NCBI GenBank assembly: GCA_903860745.1
Contig: CAIORQ010000026.1
Coordinates: forward strand, 25,825-89,824
DNA length: 64,000 nucleotides
Source of the DNA: an uncultured Actinomycetes bacterium
Lineage (GTDB): Bacteria; Actinomycetota; Acidimicrobiia; Acidimicrobiales; RAAP-2
Direction of reading: 5' to 3'
Positions 1 to 9,115 of the stretch are shown one piece after another (within the stretch, counting starts at the first letter, position 1; every line of letters begins with the position of its first letter). A program made the translations under genes and the position numbers. The notes under the pieces are model-generated. The model worked only from the letters and a program-made list of their open reading frames with translations. It was not told where the DNA came from and ran no database searches.

Positions 1-1164
1 CCGGAGTTCACCGGACGACTGTGTCCGGCGCCCTGCGAGTCGGCCTGCGTGCTGGGCATCGGCGCGGACCCCGTGACCATCGAGCGCCTCGAGTACGAAG
101 TCATCGAGCACGCCTTCGCCCGCGGCGTCGTCGTCCAGCGCCCGCCCGCCGAGGAGACCGGCCGGCGAGTGGCCGTCGTCGGATCGGGTCCCGCGGGTCT
201 CGCCGCCGCCGCGCAACTGAGAACGGCCGGCCACCACGTGGAGGTCTTCGAGCGCGCCGACGCCATCGGTGGACTGCTGCGCTACGGGATCCCCGAGTTC
301 AAGCTCGAGAAGCGCGTCCTCGACCGTCGCCTCGACGCCATGGCGGCCGTGGGCGTCGTCTTTCACACCTCGGTCGAGGTCGGCGACGGGGACACCTCGC
401 TCGCCGCGTTGCGCGACGCCTTCGACGCCGTGGTCCTGGCGATCGGCTCGACGAGGCCGCGACTGATCCCGGTGCCCGGAGCGCAGCTGGACGGGGTCTA
501 TCCCGCGATGACCTACCTCGAGGCCGCCAACCGGGCCGTGCGCGAGGACCGCGCCTCCTCGATCGACGCCGCCGGCAAGAACGTGATCATCCTGGGTGGC
601 GGCGACACCGGCGCCGACTGTCTGGGCACGGCCCATCGCCAAGGGGCGGCCTCGGTCACGCAGATCGAGATCATGGACGAGCCGCCGCGCGAGCGCCCCA
701 GTGACCAGCCCTGGCCGACCATGGCCCGGCTCTACAAGGTGACCTCCGCCCACGAGGAGGGCGGCGAGCGCGTCTTCGCCACCGAGACGCTCGAGTTCCG
801 CGGCGGCTCGGCCGTCGCCGAGATCGTGGTGCGCGATCTCCACCACGACACCACGAGCACCGTGGCGGCCGACCTGGTCCTGATCGCCGCCGGTTTCGTC
901 GGGCCCGAGCTCGACGCCCTGGGCCTCAACACCCCCGAGACCCTCTCGCCACGCTCCACCATCGCCGTCGACGCCCACTGGCGCGTCGAGGCCCTGGGCG
1001 AGTCGTCCCCGGTCTTCGCGTGCGGCGACGCCGTGCGCGGGCAGAGCCTCATCGTCTGGGCCATCGCCGAAGGACGCTCGGCGGCCGCCCACGTCGACGC
1101 CCACCTCCGGGGAGCGGCGACGGCCTTGCCCGCTCCCGTGGAGCCCTACAGCCTCTCCTGGTAG
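1..1164 (+). CDS. gltD: glutamate synthase (NADPH) small/beta subunit, 5'-truncated by window edge
   Basis: Frame 1 is open from base 1. Shows PEFTGRLCPAPCESACVLGI Cys motif, GSGPAGLAAAAQL dinucleotide-binding fold, GGGDTGADC and C-terminal CGDAVRGQSLIVWAIAEGR, all typical of GOGAT beta chain. Confidence 0.9.
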   Translation, partial: PEFTGRLCPAPCESACVLGIGADPVTIERLEYEVIEHAFARGVVVQRPPAEETGRRVAVVGSGPAGLAAAAQLRTAGHHVEVFERADAIGGLLRYGIPEFKLEKRVLDRRLDAMAAVGVVFHTSVEVGDGDTSLAALRDAFDAVVLAIGSTRPRLIPVPGAQLDGVYPAMTYLEAANRAVREDRASSIDAAGKNVIILGGGDTGADCLGTAHRQGAASVTQIEIMDEPPRERPSDQPWPTMARLYKVTSAHEEGGERVFATETLEFRGGSAVAEIVVRDLHHDTTSTVAADLVLIAAGFVGPELDALGLNTPETLSPRSTIAVDAHWRVEALGESSPVFACGDAVRGQSLIVWAIAEGRSAAAHVDAHLRGAATALPAPVEPYSLSW

Positions 1165-1168
1165 CGAC

Positions 1169-1774
1169 TCAGGCGGGCAGCGTGAACAGGCTCGAGGCGA
1201 CGGTGACCACCAGGTCAACCGCCTCGTCCTCGTCGAGGGTGCCGTCGGCCATGAGGTCCCAAGCGCCGAAGATGGCGTGCATCACCAGGCCGAACTTGGC
1301 GTAGGCGAGTGGCGTCGGCGCCACGCCGGGGCTCATCAGGAGCGCCCAGCGCGACACGACGACCTGGCGGATGTCGGCGATGGTGGGCCAGAGGTCGCGC
1401 GGCAGGGCCGAGAGGTCGCCGAAGAGGCTGCGCATCAGGGCGCGCTCGCGCGCTGAGAGGTTCATCACCACGTGCAGACGGGCCACCAACAGGCTGCGAA
1501 AGTCGCCGCCCTCGACCGCCGCGGTCGGTCCCAGCGAGGCCTGCAGTTCGTCCAGTCGTCGGCGCACGACCTCGCTCAGCAGCGCGTTGCGGTCGGCGAA
1601 GTGCTGATAGACGAGCTGGCGCGAGATGTCGGCACGCCGCGCCACCTCGACGATGCTCAGGTGCGCGACGCCCTCGTTGAAGACCACGTCGTCGGCCACC
1701 TCGATGATGGATTCACGCCGAGAGGCCGCCGACAGGTAGTGACGCTTCGTGGTGGACGAGCGAGTTCCGGTCAC
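1169..1774 (-). CDS. TetR-family transcriptional regulator
   Basis: The last ~200 codons of the 349-aa ORF carry a TetR HTH (LSIVEVARRADISRQLVYQHFADRNALL). The longer N-terminal extension overlaps mmpL and is Arg/Pro-rich, so the start is placed at GTG 1774. Start is uncertain. Confidence 0.75.
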   Translation of the reverse strand: MTGTRSSTTKRHYLSAASRRESIIEVADDVVFNEGVAHLSIVEVARRADISRQLVYQHFADRNALLSEVVRRRLDELQASLGPTAAVEGGDFRSLLVARLHVVMNLSARERALMRSLFGDLSALPRDLWPTIADIRQVVVSRWALLMSPGVAPTPLAYAKFGLVMHAIFGAWDLMADGTLDEDEAVDLVVTVASSLFTLPA

Positions 1775-1802
1775 CCCTCGAGTGTACCGACGACCGCAAG
1801 CG

Positions 1803-1813
1803 GCGAAATTCGC
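1803..1813. promoter_or_regulatory. candidate TetR operator palindrome GCGAAaTTCGC in tetR/mmpL divergent intergenic region
   Basis: Perfect 5+1+5 palindrome read directly, within the 85-bp gap between GTG 1774 (tetR) and ATG 1860 (mmpL). Function is inferred only from position. Confidence 0.25.
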
Positions 1814-1859
1814 TCCGACCCTGCGCGTCGGACGCACGGCGGCGTGGAAGGCTGGAAGC

Positions 1860-4022
1860 ATGTCGCGGACCCAGCCGGAGGAAGCACCGATCCGCGGCCT
1901 CGCGTCACTGGGCGAGTGGTGCGCCCGCCGTCCCTGGCGGGTGATCGCCACGTGGTTGCTCGCCCTGGGCGTCCTGGCCGGGGTGGCGGGCTCCTTGCAC
2001 GCGAGCTTCTCGGACAACGTGAAGCTGAGCGGCACCCAGGCCAACAGCGGCTTCCAGGTGATCGGGGAGAACTTCCCCGGAGCGGCCGCCTCGACCGGGC
2101 TGGTGGTGTTCCGCTCGCCCTCGCCGCTGATCCGCCAACGCTCACTCATCGAGTCCGCCGTGACGTCGCTCGGTAGCGTCACCCACGTCCTGAGCGCCAC
2201 CGATCCCTTCTCGGCCACCTCGGTCTCGCGCAGCGGTCTGGTGGCCTACAGCAGCGTCGGTTTCGACGTCCCCTCGCGGGGTCTGCCCGCCAGCCTGGTC
2301 ATCGCGCTCGACCACGCCCTGGCGCCGGTGCGCGCGGCGGGGATATCCATCAGCTACGGGGGCGCCCTCGACCAGATCACCCAGCCCCCGGTCAACGACC
2401 GTCGTAGCGAGGCCGTGGGCTTCGCCATCGCCCTGCTCATCCTGCTCCTCGTCTTCGGCAGCGTCGCCGGCGCCGCCCTGCCCCTGGTCACCGCCCTCGT
2501 CGGCATCGGCATCGGGGTCTCGCTGTTGGACATCGTGGCCGCCTCGACCTCCTTCAGCGTCTCGGCGCCCAAGCTCGCGATCATGATCGGGCTGGGCGTG
2601 GGGATTGACTACGCCGTGTTCCTCGTCACCCGCTTCCGCCAGCTGATGGTCGACGGCGACGGTCCGGTGCGCGCCGCTTCACGCACGACCGCCACCAGTG
2701 GTCGCGCCATCGTCGTGGCCGCGTGCACCGTGTCGATCGCCATGCTCGGCCTCTACGCCTCGGGACTCGTCTTCATCGGCAAGTTGGGCCTGGCGGCGGT
2801 CTTCGGCGTCGTCGCGTCCGCCCTGGGTGCGATCACCTTGGTGCCGGCCCTGCTGGGCCTCCTGGGTCGGCGCATCGACCGTTGGAGCGTGCGACGCACC
2901 GTGGCCGAATCGGGCTCGAGCGGCGACGGCTGGCACCGCTACGCCGGGGCGATCGGTCGCCATCCCTGGATGTACCTGCTCTCGGGCCTGGTGGTCCTGA
3001 TGGTCCTCGCCGCCCCCGCCCTGTCCCTGCAGATGGGCCACGTGGGCGACGGCGCCAATCCGACCTCCTTCACCAGCCGCGTGGCCTACCAGGAGATGGC
3101 CGACTCCTTCGGACCCGGCATCAACGGACCCTTCACACTGGTGATCTCGCTCGCGGGCCACTCCTCGGTGGCGGAGCTGGAGGCGAGCGTCTCCCAGCAG
3201 GTGTTGGCCACCCCCGACGTGGCCACGCTCAGCCCCTTCGTGCGCAGCCGCAACGGGGCCGCCCTGGTCGCCACCGTGATACCCCGGACCGGCCCCCAGA
3301 ACAACGCCACCACCGAACTGTTCAATCGCCTGGTCCACACGACCCTGCCGCGCAGCCTCGCGCCCTTCTCCGCCCGGGGCTACGTCACCGGTGAGGCGCC
3401 CTCGCAGATTCAGTTCGACGAGCTCATCGCCCAGCGCACACCCTTGATCATCGCGGTGGTCGTCCTGCTGGCCTTCTTGTTGATCATGACCGTGTTCCGC
3501 AGCCTCCTGCTCGCCATCAAGGCCGCGGTCTTGAACCTCTTCTCCATCGCCGCCGCCTGGGGAGTGCTGGTGGCGGTCTTCCAGTGGGGCTGGGGGCGTT
3601 CCCTGCTCGGACTCAATGAGAGGGTCCCGGTCGAGGCCTACGTCCCCATGGTGCTCTTCGCCATCGTCTTCGGTCTGTCGATGGACTACGAGATCTTCCT
3701 GCTCTCGCGGATCAAGGAGGCCTGGGACGCCAGTCACGACAACCAGGGCGCCGTCGCCCTGGGGCTGGCCCGCACCGGTCGGGTCATCACCGCCGCGGCG
3801 CTGATCATGGTCGCGGTGTTCTTGTCCTTCGTCACGACCCCCCTGGTGGCCATCAAGCAGCTCGCCGTCGGATTGGCCGCCAGCGTCTGCGTCGACGCCA
3901 CCTTGATCCGACTGCTCCTGGTGCCGGCCACCATGTACCTCTTCGGCGACAAGAACTGGTGGCTGCCGCGCCCCCTCGAGCGCATCGTGCCCCACCTCGG
4001 CGTCGAGGAGAGAACGAAGTGA
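1860..4022 (+). CDS. MMPL/RND-superfamily membrane transporter
   Basis: 720 codons from ATG 1860. Two blocks of multiple TM helices separated by soluble loops. MMPL-type segments (GVGIDYAVFLVTRFRQ, GLSMDYEIFLLSRIKE). Divergent from a TetR gene, as is typical. Confidence 0.85.
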   Translation: MSRTQPEEAPIRGLASLGEWCARRPWRVIATWLLALGVLAGVAGSLHASFSDNVKLSGTQANSGFQVIGENFPGAAASTGLVVFRSPSPLIRQRSLIESAVTSLGSVTHVLSATDPFSATSVSRSGLVAYSSVGFDVPSRGLPASLVIALDHALAPVRAAGISISYGGALDQITQPPVNDRRSEAVGFAIALLILLLVFGSVAGAALPLVTALVGIGIGVSLLDIVAASTSFSVSAPKLAIMIGLGVGIDYAVFLVTRFRQLMVDGDGPVRAASRTTATSGRAIVVAACTVSIAMLGLYASGLVFIGKLGLAAVFGVVASALGAITLVPALLGLLGRRIDRWSVRRTVAESGSSGDGWHRYAGAIGRHPWMYLLSGLVVLMVLAAPALSLQMGHVGDGANPTSFTSRVAYQEMADSFGPGINGPFTLVISLAGHSSVAELEASVSQQVLATPDVATLSPFVRSRNGAALVATVIPRTGPQNNATTELFNRLVHTTLPRSLAPFSARGYVTGEAPSQIQFDELIAQRTPLIIAVVVLLAFLLIMTVFRSLLLAIKAAVLNLFSIAAAWGVLVAVFQWGWGRSLLGLNERVPVEAYVPMVLFAIVFGLSMDYEIFLLSRIKEAWDASHDNQGAVALGLARTGRVITAAALIMVAVFLSFVTTPLVAIKQLAVGLAASVCVDATLIRLLLVPATMYLFGDKNWWLPRPLERIVPHLGVEERTK

Positions 4023-4071
4023 TCACCGCCGGGCGAGTCCCTCGGTAGCATCGTTGGGGAGAGGGGAACAC

Positions 4072-5682
4072 ATGCGCAGCACGATGCAGGATGGGCCACT
4101 GCTGATCAGGGACCTGATCCGTCAGAGTCAGTGGATGTACGCCGACAAGGAGGTCTTCACGGCCACCGCGAACGGCTTCACGACGGCGACCTTCTCGCAG
4201 ATGGCGAGCCGCGCCGAGCAGCTGGCCGCGGCGCTGACGCGCCTGGGGGTGCGCCGTGACGACCGCGTGGCCACCTTGATGTGGAACAACCAGGTCCACA
4301 TGGAGGCCTACATGGCCGTGCCCGCCATGGGCGCGATCCTGCACACGCTCAACGTGCGACTCTTCCCCGAGCAGCTGGCCTTCATCATCAACCACGCCCA
4401 GGACTCGGTGATCATGGTGGACCCGAGCCTGGTGCCGTTGCTGGCGCGCATCAAGCACGAGATCCCGACCGTTCGCCACGTCATCGTGGCGGGGCCCCTC
4501 GAGGACGCCCCCTTCGAGGTCATCGACTACGAGGGGTTCATCGCCGCCGAGGAGCCCGGTTTCGACTGGCCCGACCTCGACGAGATGGACGCCGCCGTCA
4601 TGTGCTACACGTCGGGGACCACCGGCGACCCCAAAGGCGTCGTCTACTCGCACCGCTCGATCTGGCTGCACTCCATGGCGGCCACCAGCGCGAACTCCCT
4701 CGGCCTGAGCGACCACGACCGATGCCTGCTGGTCGTGCCGATGTTCCACGTGGCCGCCTGGGGGGCCGTGTACACCGCCCTCATGGCCGGTGCGGAGCTG
4801 ATCATGCCCCAGATGTTCCTCCAGGGCGAGCCGCTGCTCGAGATGATCATGGCGCTGCGGCCCACGGTGGCCCTGGGCATCCCCACCATCTGGAACGACT
4901 TGCTGCGCGCCGCCGGGGGACGCAGCGACGCGGACCTGACCAGCCTGCGCAACATCCTCGCCGGCGGGGCCGCGGTGCCGCGCTTCATCATCGAGGCCTT
5001 TCGCGAACGCCACGGCGTCGACGTCCTCCAGGGCTGGGGGATGACCGAGACGAGCCCCCTGGTGGCCGTCTCGGTCCCGCCGCGCGGCGTGAGTCGCGAG
5101 CACGAGATCGACTACCGCGTCAAGGCCGGTCGGGTGATGGCGGGCGTCCAGGTCCGTCTGACCGACGAGGAGGGCAACGTCCTGCCCCGCGACGGCGTGG
5201 CCGTGGGGGAGTTCGAGCTGCGGGGCCCCTGGATCACCAGCGCCTACTACGGCGTGGACGCGCCCGAGTCCTTCCGCGACGGCTGGCTGCGCAGCGGCGA
5301 CGTCGGCACGCTCGACCCGCACGGCTACATGGTCATCACCGACCGGTCCAAGGACATGATCAAGTCGGGCGGCGAATGGATCAGCTCGGTGGCCCTCGAG
5401 ACGACGGTGATCGGACACGACGGGGTCTTCGAGGCCGCGGTCATCGCGGTGCCCGACGACCGCTGGCAGGAGCGGCCCCTGTGCGTGGTGGTGCGCACGC
5501 CGGACTCCCGGGTGAGCGCCCAGGAGCTCCACGACTACCTGAGCGGCTTCGTCGTGAAGTGGTGGATCCCCGAGCACTGGGCCTTCGTCGACGCGCTGCC
5601 CAAGACCAGCGTGGGCAAGTTCGACAAGCGCGCCCTGCGGCGCCTGCACTTCGAGGGCCACCTGGAGGTCATCACGCTGTGA
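4072..5682 (+). CDS. AMP-dependent acyl-CoA synthetase / long-chain fatty-acid-CoA ligase
   Basis: AMP-binding signature YTSGTTGDPKGVVYSH, GWGMTETSP, and C-terminal ...PKTSVGKFDKRALR. ATG 4072 is preceded by GGGGAGAGGGG. The ORF opens at TTG 4054. Confidence 0.85.
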   Translation: MRSTMQDGPLLIRDLIRQSQWMYADKEVFTATANGFTTATFSQMASRAEQLAAALTRLGVRRDDRVATLMWNNQVHMEAYMAVPAMGAILHTLNVRLFPEQLAFIINHAQDSVIMVDPSLVPLLARIKHEIPTVRHVIVAGPLEDAPFEVIDYEGFIAAEEPGFDWPDLDEMDAAVMCYTSGTTGDPKGVVYSHRSIWLHSMAATSANSLGLSDHDRCLLVVPMFHVAAWGAVYTALMAGAELIMPQMFLQGEPLLEMIMALRPTVALGIPTIWNDLLRAAGGRSDADLTSLRNILAGGAAVPRFIIEAFRERHGVDVLQGWGMTETSPLVAVSVPPRGVSREHEIDYRVKAGRVMAGVQVRLTDEEGNVLPRDGVAVGEFELRGPWITSAYYGVDAPESFRDGWLRSGDVGTLDPHGYMVITDRSKDMIKSGGEWISSVALETTVIGHDGVFEAAVIAVPDDRWQERPLCVVVRTPDSRVSAQELHDYLSGFVVKWWIPEHWAFVDALPKTSVGKFDKRALRRLHFEGHLEVITL

Positions 5683-5879
5683 GCGATCGCCTGTCGGACC
5701 TCGCCGACGCGGTGAGCGAGCTGGAACGACGCGTCTCGGACGTCATCTTCGACACCGTGCGCGCCCAGTTGCGCGACGAGGCCGCCGACGAGGCCCACGA
5801 GCTCGAGAAGCGCCTGGCGCGGGTGCGCCGCAGCCTCCAAAAGGCCGAGGGCCTGCTGCGCGGCTACGACCGCGACTGA
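5679..5879 (+). CDS. small (66 aa) charged coiled-coil-like hypothetical protein
   Basis: GTG 5679 overlaps the ligase stop (GTGA). Very high GC3 in this frame. Helical heptad-like sequence (LSDLADAVSELERRVSD...ELEKRLARVRRSLQKAEGLL). No family recognised. Confidence 0.45.
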   Translation: MSDRLSDLADAVSELERRVSDVIFDTVRAQLRDEAADEAHELEKRLARVRRSLQKAEGLLRGYDRD

Positions 5880-6850
5880 GCCCAGGCGTTCGTCGCGTCG
5901 ATGACCCGACGCAGGAGGGCGTAGGAGCGCCCGTTGTAGGCGAAGCGCAGCGAGCTTCCGCGCGAGCCGCTCTCCAGGGTGAAGGAGCGACCCGGGAACA
6001 GTTCCTCGAGCTCTGCGAACTGCTCGGGGGTGGGCGAGTAGTGCAGGTCGACCACCGCCTCGCCGTCACTGACCACCGAGCCGCGGTAGTTCGCGTAGAA
6101 GCCCGTGATCTCGGCGAGGGCGCGCTCCACGTCCTCGCAGATCAGCCAGCTGACCTCGTCACCGGGCGTCAGGTACCCGGCGTCGAGGACGTGGCGCGAC
6201 ATGAACTCGCTCCAGCCCGTCCAGAAGGTGCCACCGGGTTCGTCGAAGAGCACCACGGGCACCGGGTCGGTCTTGCCCGTGTGCAGCAACGTCAGTATCT
6301 CGAAGAGCTCGTCCATGGTCCCCACGCCGCCCGGGAAGGCCACGAAGGCCTGGGAGGAACGGGTCATGATGACCTTGCGGGTGAAGAAGAAGGACGTGGC
6401 GATGTGGCGCTGCTCGACGTCCACGAACTCGTTGGTGCCGTGTTCGAAGGGCAGTTCGATGTTGACGCCGATGGTCTTGTCGCGGCCCGCTCCCCTGGAG
6501 GACGCCTCCATGATGCCCGGACCCGCCCCCGTCACCGTCATCCATCCCCGACGGGCGAGACCCGCGCTGAGGGCGCTGGCCAGGCGATAGAGCTCGGTGT
6601 CGGCCGCGATGCGCGCCGAGCCGAAGACCGTGGCCTTGGGCGTGTCGCGGAAGCGCTCGAAGAGGTGCGATCCCTCGAGGAGCTCCTCGAGGGCGGTGAC
6701 CGCACTCGCCAGGTCGCCGAGGTTGGTGTCGTGCTGGGCGAGGGACAGGGCGCGCACCACCAGCGCCCGGATGGCCTCGAGGTGCTCGGGGGACGCGACC
6801 GTGTCGGCCGTGGCCTCGGTCACGAAGCGTTCGACCGCGTCGAGGTTCAC
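5864..6850 (-). CDS. LOG-family (TIGR00730, lysine-decarboxylase-like) nucleotide phosphoribohydrolase, long form
   Basis: GAGPGIMEA and PGGVGTMDELFE motifs of the LOG family. About 100-aa extensions at both ends. GTG start overlaps the fbiC stop (GTGA). Confidence 0.8.
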   Translation of the reverse strand: MNLDAVERFVTEATADTVASPEHLEAIRALVVRALSLAQHDTNLGDLASAVTALEELLEGSHLFERFRDTPKATVFGSARIAADTELYRLASALSAGLARRGWMTVTGAGPGIMEASSRGAGRDKTIGVNIELPFEHGTNEFVDVEQRHIATSFFFTRKVIMTRSSQAFVAFPGGVGTMDELFEILTLLHTGKTDPVPVVLFDEPGGTFWTGWSEFMSRHVLDAGYLTPGDEVSWLICEDVERALAEITGFYANYRGSVVSDGEAVVDLHYSPTPEQFAELEELFPGRSFTLESGSRGSSLRFAYNGRSYALLRRVIDATNAWAQSRS

Positions 6851-9105
6851 GCCGAGGCCTGGTAGAGCGTCGTGCGCTGGACCAGCGGACGCCCGAGGGG
6901 AGCGACGAGGTCCTCAAGCATGGAGACGTCCATCGCCTGACCGTGCTGGGCACCCGCCGCGCGCGAGATGTTCTCCTCCATCAGGGTGCCGCCCACGTCG
7001 TTGGCCCCAGCCTGGAGGATCCGGCGCGAGCCCTCGACGCCCATCTTCACCCAGCTCACCTGGATGTTGTCGATCAGCGTCGCGTAGTGCAGGCGAGCCA
7101 CCGCGTGCATCAGGACGGCCTCGCGGAAGGTCGGCCCCTTGCGCGCGCGACCCCGCAGGAACAGCGGCGTGGCCATATGCACGAAGGGCAACGGGACGAA
7201 CTCGGTGAACCCTCCGGTCTCGGCCTGGAGCTCGCGGGTCCGGATCAGGTGAGTGGCCCAGGAGGCCGGCCCCTCGACGGCGCCGAACATGATGGTGACG
7301 TTGGAGTTCAGCCCGACGGAGTGCGCCGCACGATGGACCTCGAGCCACTGCTGCGAGGAGAGCTTGTCGGGGCAGAGGATCGCGCGAACGGGGTCGTCGA
7401 GGATCTCCGCGGCCGTCCCGGGCAGGGTTCGCAGGCCCGCCGCCTTGAGTCGCGTCAGGTACCCGACCAGGTCCTGGCCGCTGCGCCGCGCTCCCTCGAA
7501 AACCTCCAGGGCGCTGAAGGCGTGCACGTGGATGGAGGGGGCCCCCGCCTTGACCGCGGCGACCACGTCGACGTAGTACTCCCCGTCGAAGTTCGGGTGG
7601 ATGCCTCCCTGCAGGCACACCTCCGTCGCGCCGAGCTCGTAGGCCTCGCGCACCTTGTCGGTGATCTCCTCGAGCGTCATCAAGTAGGGGTCGCCGCGCA
7701 GGTTCAGCGACAACGGACCCTTGGAGTAGGCGCAGAAGCGGCACTTGAAGGTGCACACGTTCGTGTAGTTGATGTTGCGATTGAAGACGAAGGTCACCGG
7801 GTCGCCCACCCGGTCGCGACGCAGCTGATCGGCGCGCTCGACCAGCGCGTTGACGTCTCCGCCGCGCGCACCGAAGAGGGTGACCAGCTCGGCGTGGCTG
7901 AAGGCGTAGCCGGGCTCGTAGCGGTCGAGGATCTCGGTGACCGGCCGCGACGTCGACCGGTTGCGGGGCGACGCGGGCGGGGCGAGCTCGCCACCCGAGT
8001 GCCACTCGTCGTGGCGCGCCAGGTCGGTCGCGTCACTCTGGGCCAGCACGTGGGGGCGCACCGCGTCGTCGAGGAAGCCCGCCGCGCGCACGTGCTCGGG
8101 GTAGACGGTCAGGCGCGGCACGAGCACGAAGCCCAGTTCGTCGCACTCGCGCTCCAGGACCTCCACGGCGGGCCAGGCGCGCTCGGGGTTGACGTGGTCG
8201 CGGGTCACCGGTGAGATGCCGCCGAAGTCGTCGATGCCGTAGGCCAGCAGGCGCGCGGGTTCGTCGCTGAGGTTCGGCGGGGCCTGGAGGTGGATGTCGT
8301 CGGGCAGGATGAGCCGGGCCGCCGCGATGGTCCAGAAGAACTCCTCCGGCGGCGCCGGCGGCGCCGAGGCCATCGCCGTGCGGGCCTTGGGCAGGAAGTT
8401 CTGGATGATGACCTCCTGGACGTGACCGTGGCGCGCGTGGGAGGCCGCGATGGCCTCGAGGGTGGCCAGGCGTTCCTCGCGGGTCTCGCCGATTCCAACC
8501 AGCAGTCCCGTGGTGAAGGGGATGGCCAGTTCGCCGGCCGCCTCGAGCGTCGCCAGCCGGCGCTCGGGCTCCTTGTCGGGCGAGAGGCGGTGCGCGGGCA
8601 GGTCGGCCAGGCTCTCGAGCATCATGCCCTGGGAGGCCGACACGGCGCGCAGCTGTCGCAGCTCGAAGTCGTAGAGGGCTCCCGCGTTGACGTGGGGCAG
8701 CAGCCCCGTGGACTCCAGGACCATCTGCGCGGCGTTCGCCACGTAGTCCACCGTCGAGCGATAGCCCCGCGCCGCGAGCCAACGAGCCGCCTCGTCGTAG
8801 CGCAGCTCGGGCCGCTCGCCCAGGGTGAACAGGGCCTCGGTGACGCCCGCCGCCCGACCGGCCTGGGCGATCTCCATGACCTCGTCGAGGCTCATGTAGG
8901 GCGCGCTGACTCGCGCCGGCGCCTGGGCGAAGGTGCAGTAGCCGCAACGGTCGCGGCAGAGATGGGTGAGGGGTATGAAGACCTTGGGGGAGTAGGTCAC
9001 CACGTTCCCGCGCACCGCGCGGGCGCGGTCGAAGGCCAGCGCGGCCATCTCCTCCAGGGCGACCCCCCTCAGGTCGATGGCGGTCGCGGTTGTGGGAAGG
9101 CTCAT
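6847..9105 (-). CDS. fbiC: 7,8-didemethyl-8-hydroxy-5-deazariboflavin (FO) synthase, fused CofG/CofH
   Basis: Two radical-SAM CxxxCxxC motifs (CRDRCGYCTF and CTFKCRFCAY) in one 752-aa protein. This is the characteristic actinobacterial FbiC architecture. Confidence 0.92.
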   Translation of the reverse strand: MSLPTTATAIDLRGVALEEMAALAFDRARAVRGNVVTYSPKVFIPLTHLCRDRCGYCTFAQAPARVSAPYMSLDEVMEIAQAGRAAGVTEALFTLGERPELRYDEAARWLAARGYRSTVDYVANAAQMVLESTGLLPHVNAGALYDFELRQLRAVSASQGMMLESLADLPAHRLSPDKEPERRLATLEAAGELAIPFTTGLLVGIGETREERLATLEAIAASHARHGHVQEVIIQNFLPKARTAMASAPPAPPEEFFWTIAAARLILPDDIHLQAPPNLSDEPARLLAYGIDDFGGISPVTRDHVNPERAWPAVEVLERECDELGFVLVPRLTVYPEHVRAAGFLDDAVRPHVLAQSDATDLARHDEWHSGGELAPPASPRNRSTSRPVTEILDRYEPGYAFSHAELVTLFGARGGDVNALVERADQLRRDRVGDPVTFVFNRNINYTNVCTFKCRFCAYSKGPLSLNLRGDPYLMTLEEITDKVREAYELGATEVCLQGGIHPNFDGEYYVDVVAAVKAGAPSIHVHAFSALEVFEGARRSGQDLVGYLTRLKAAGLRTLPGTAAEILDDPVRAILCPDKLSSQQWLEVHRAAHSVGLNSNVTIMFGAVEGPASWATHLIRTRELQAETGGFTEFVPLPFVHMATPLFLRGRARKGPTFREAVLMHAVARLHYATLIDNIQVSWVKMGVEGSRRILQAGANDVGGTLMEENISRAAGAQHGQAMDVSMLEDLVAPLGRPLVQRTTLYQASA

Positions 9106-9115
9106 GACGTCGATA

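Noticed and set aside
1775-2218. N-terminal extensions of the ORFs for tetR (to 2218), pgi (to 10747), tal (to 11769) and tkt (to 13847)
   Set aside because: The extensions overlap neighbouring genes or promoter regions and are compositionally non-protein-like. Conserved N-termini of the families begin at the internal starts chosen.
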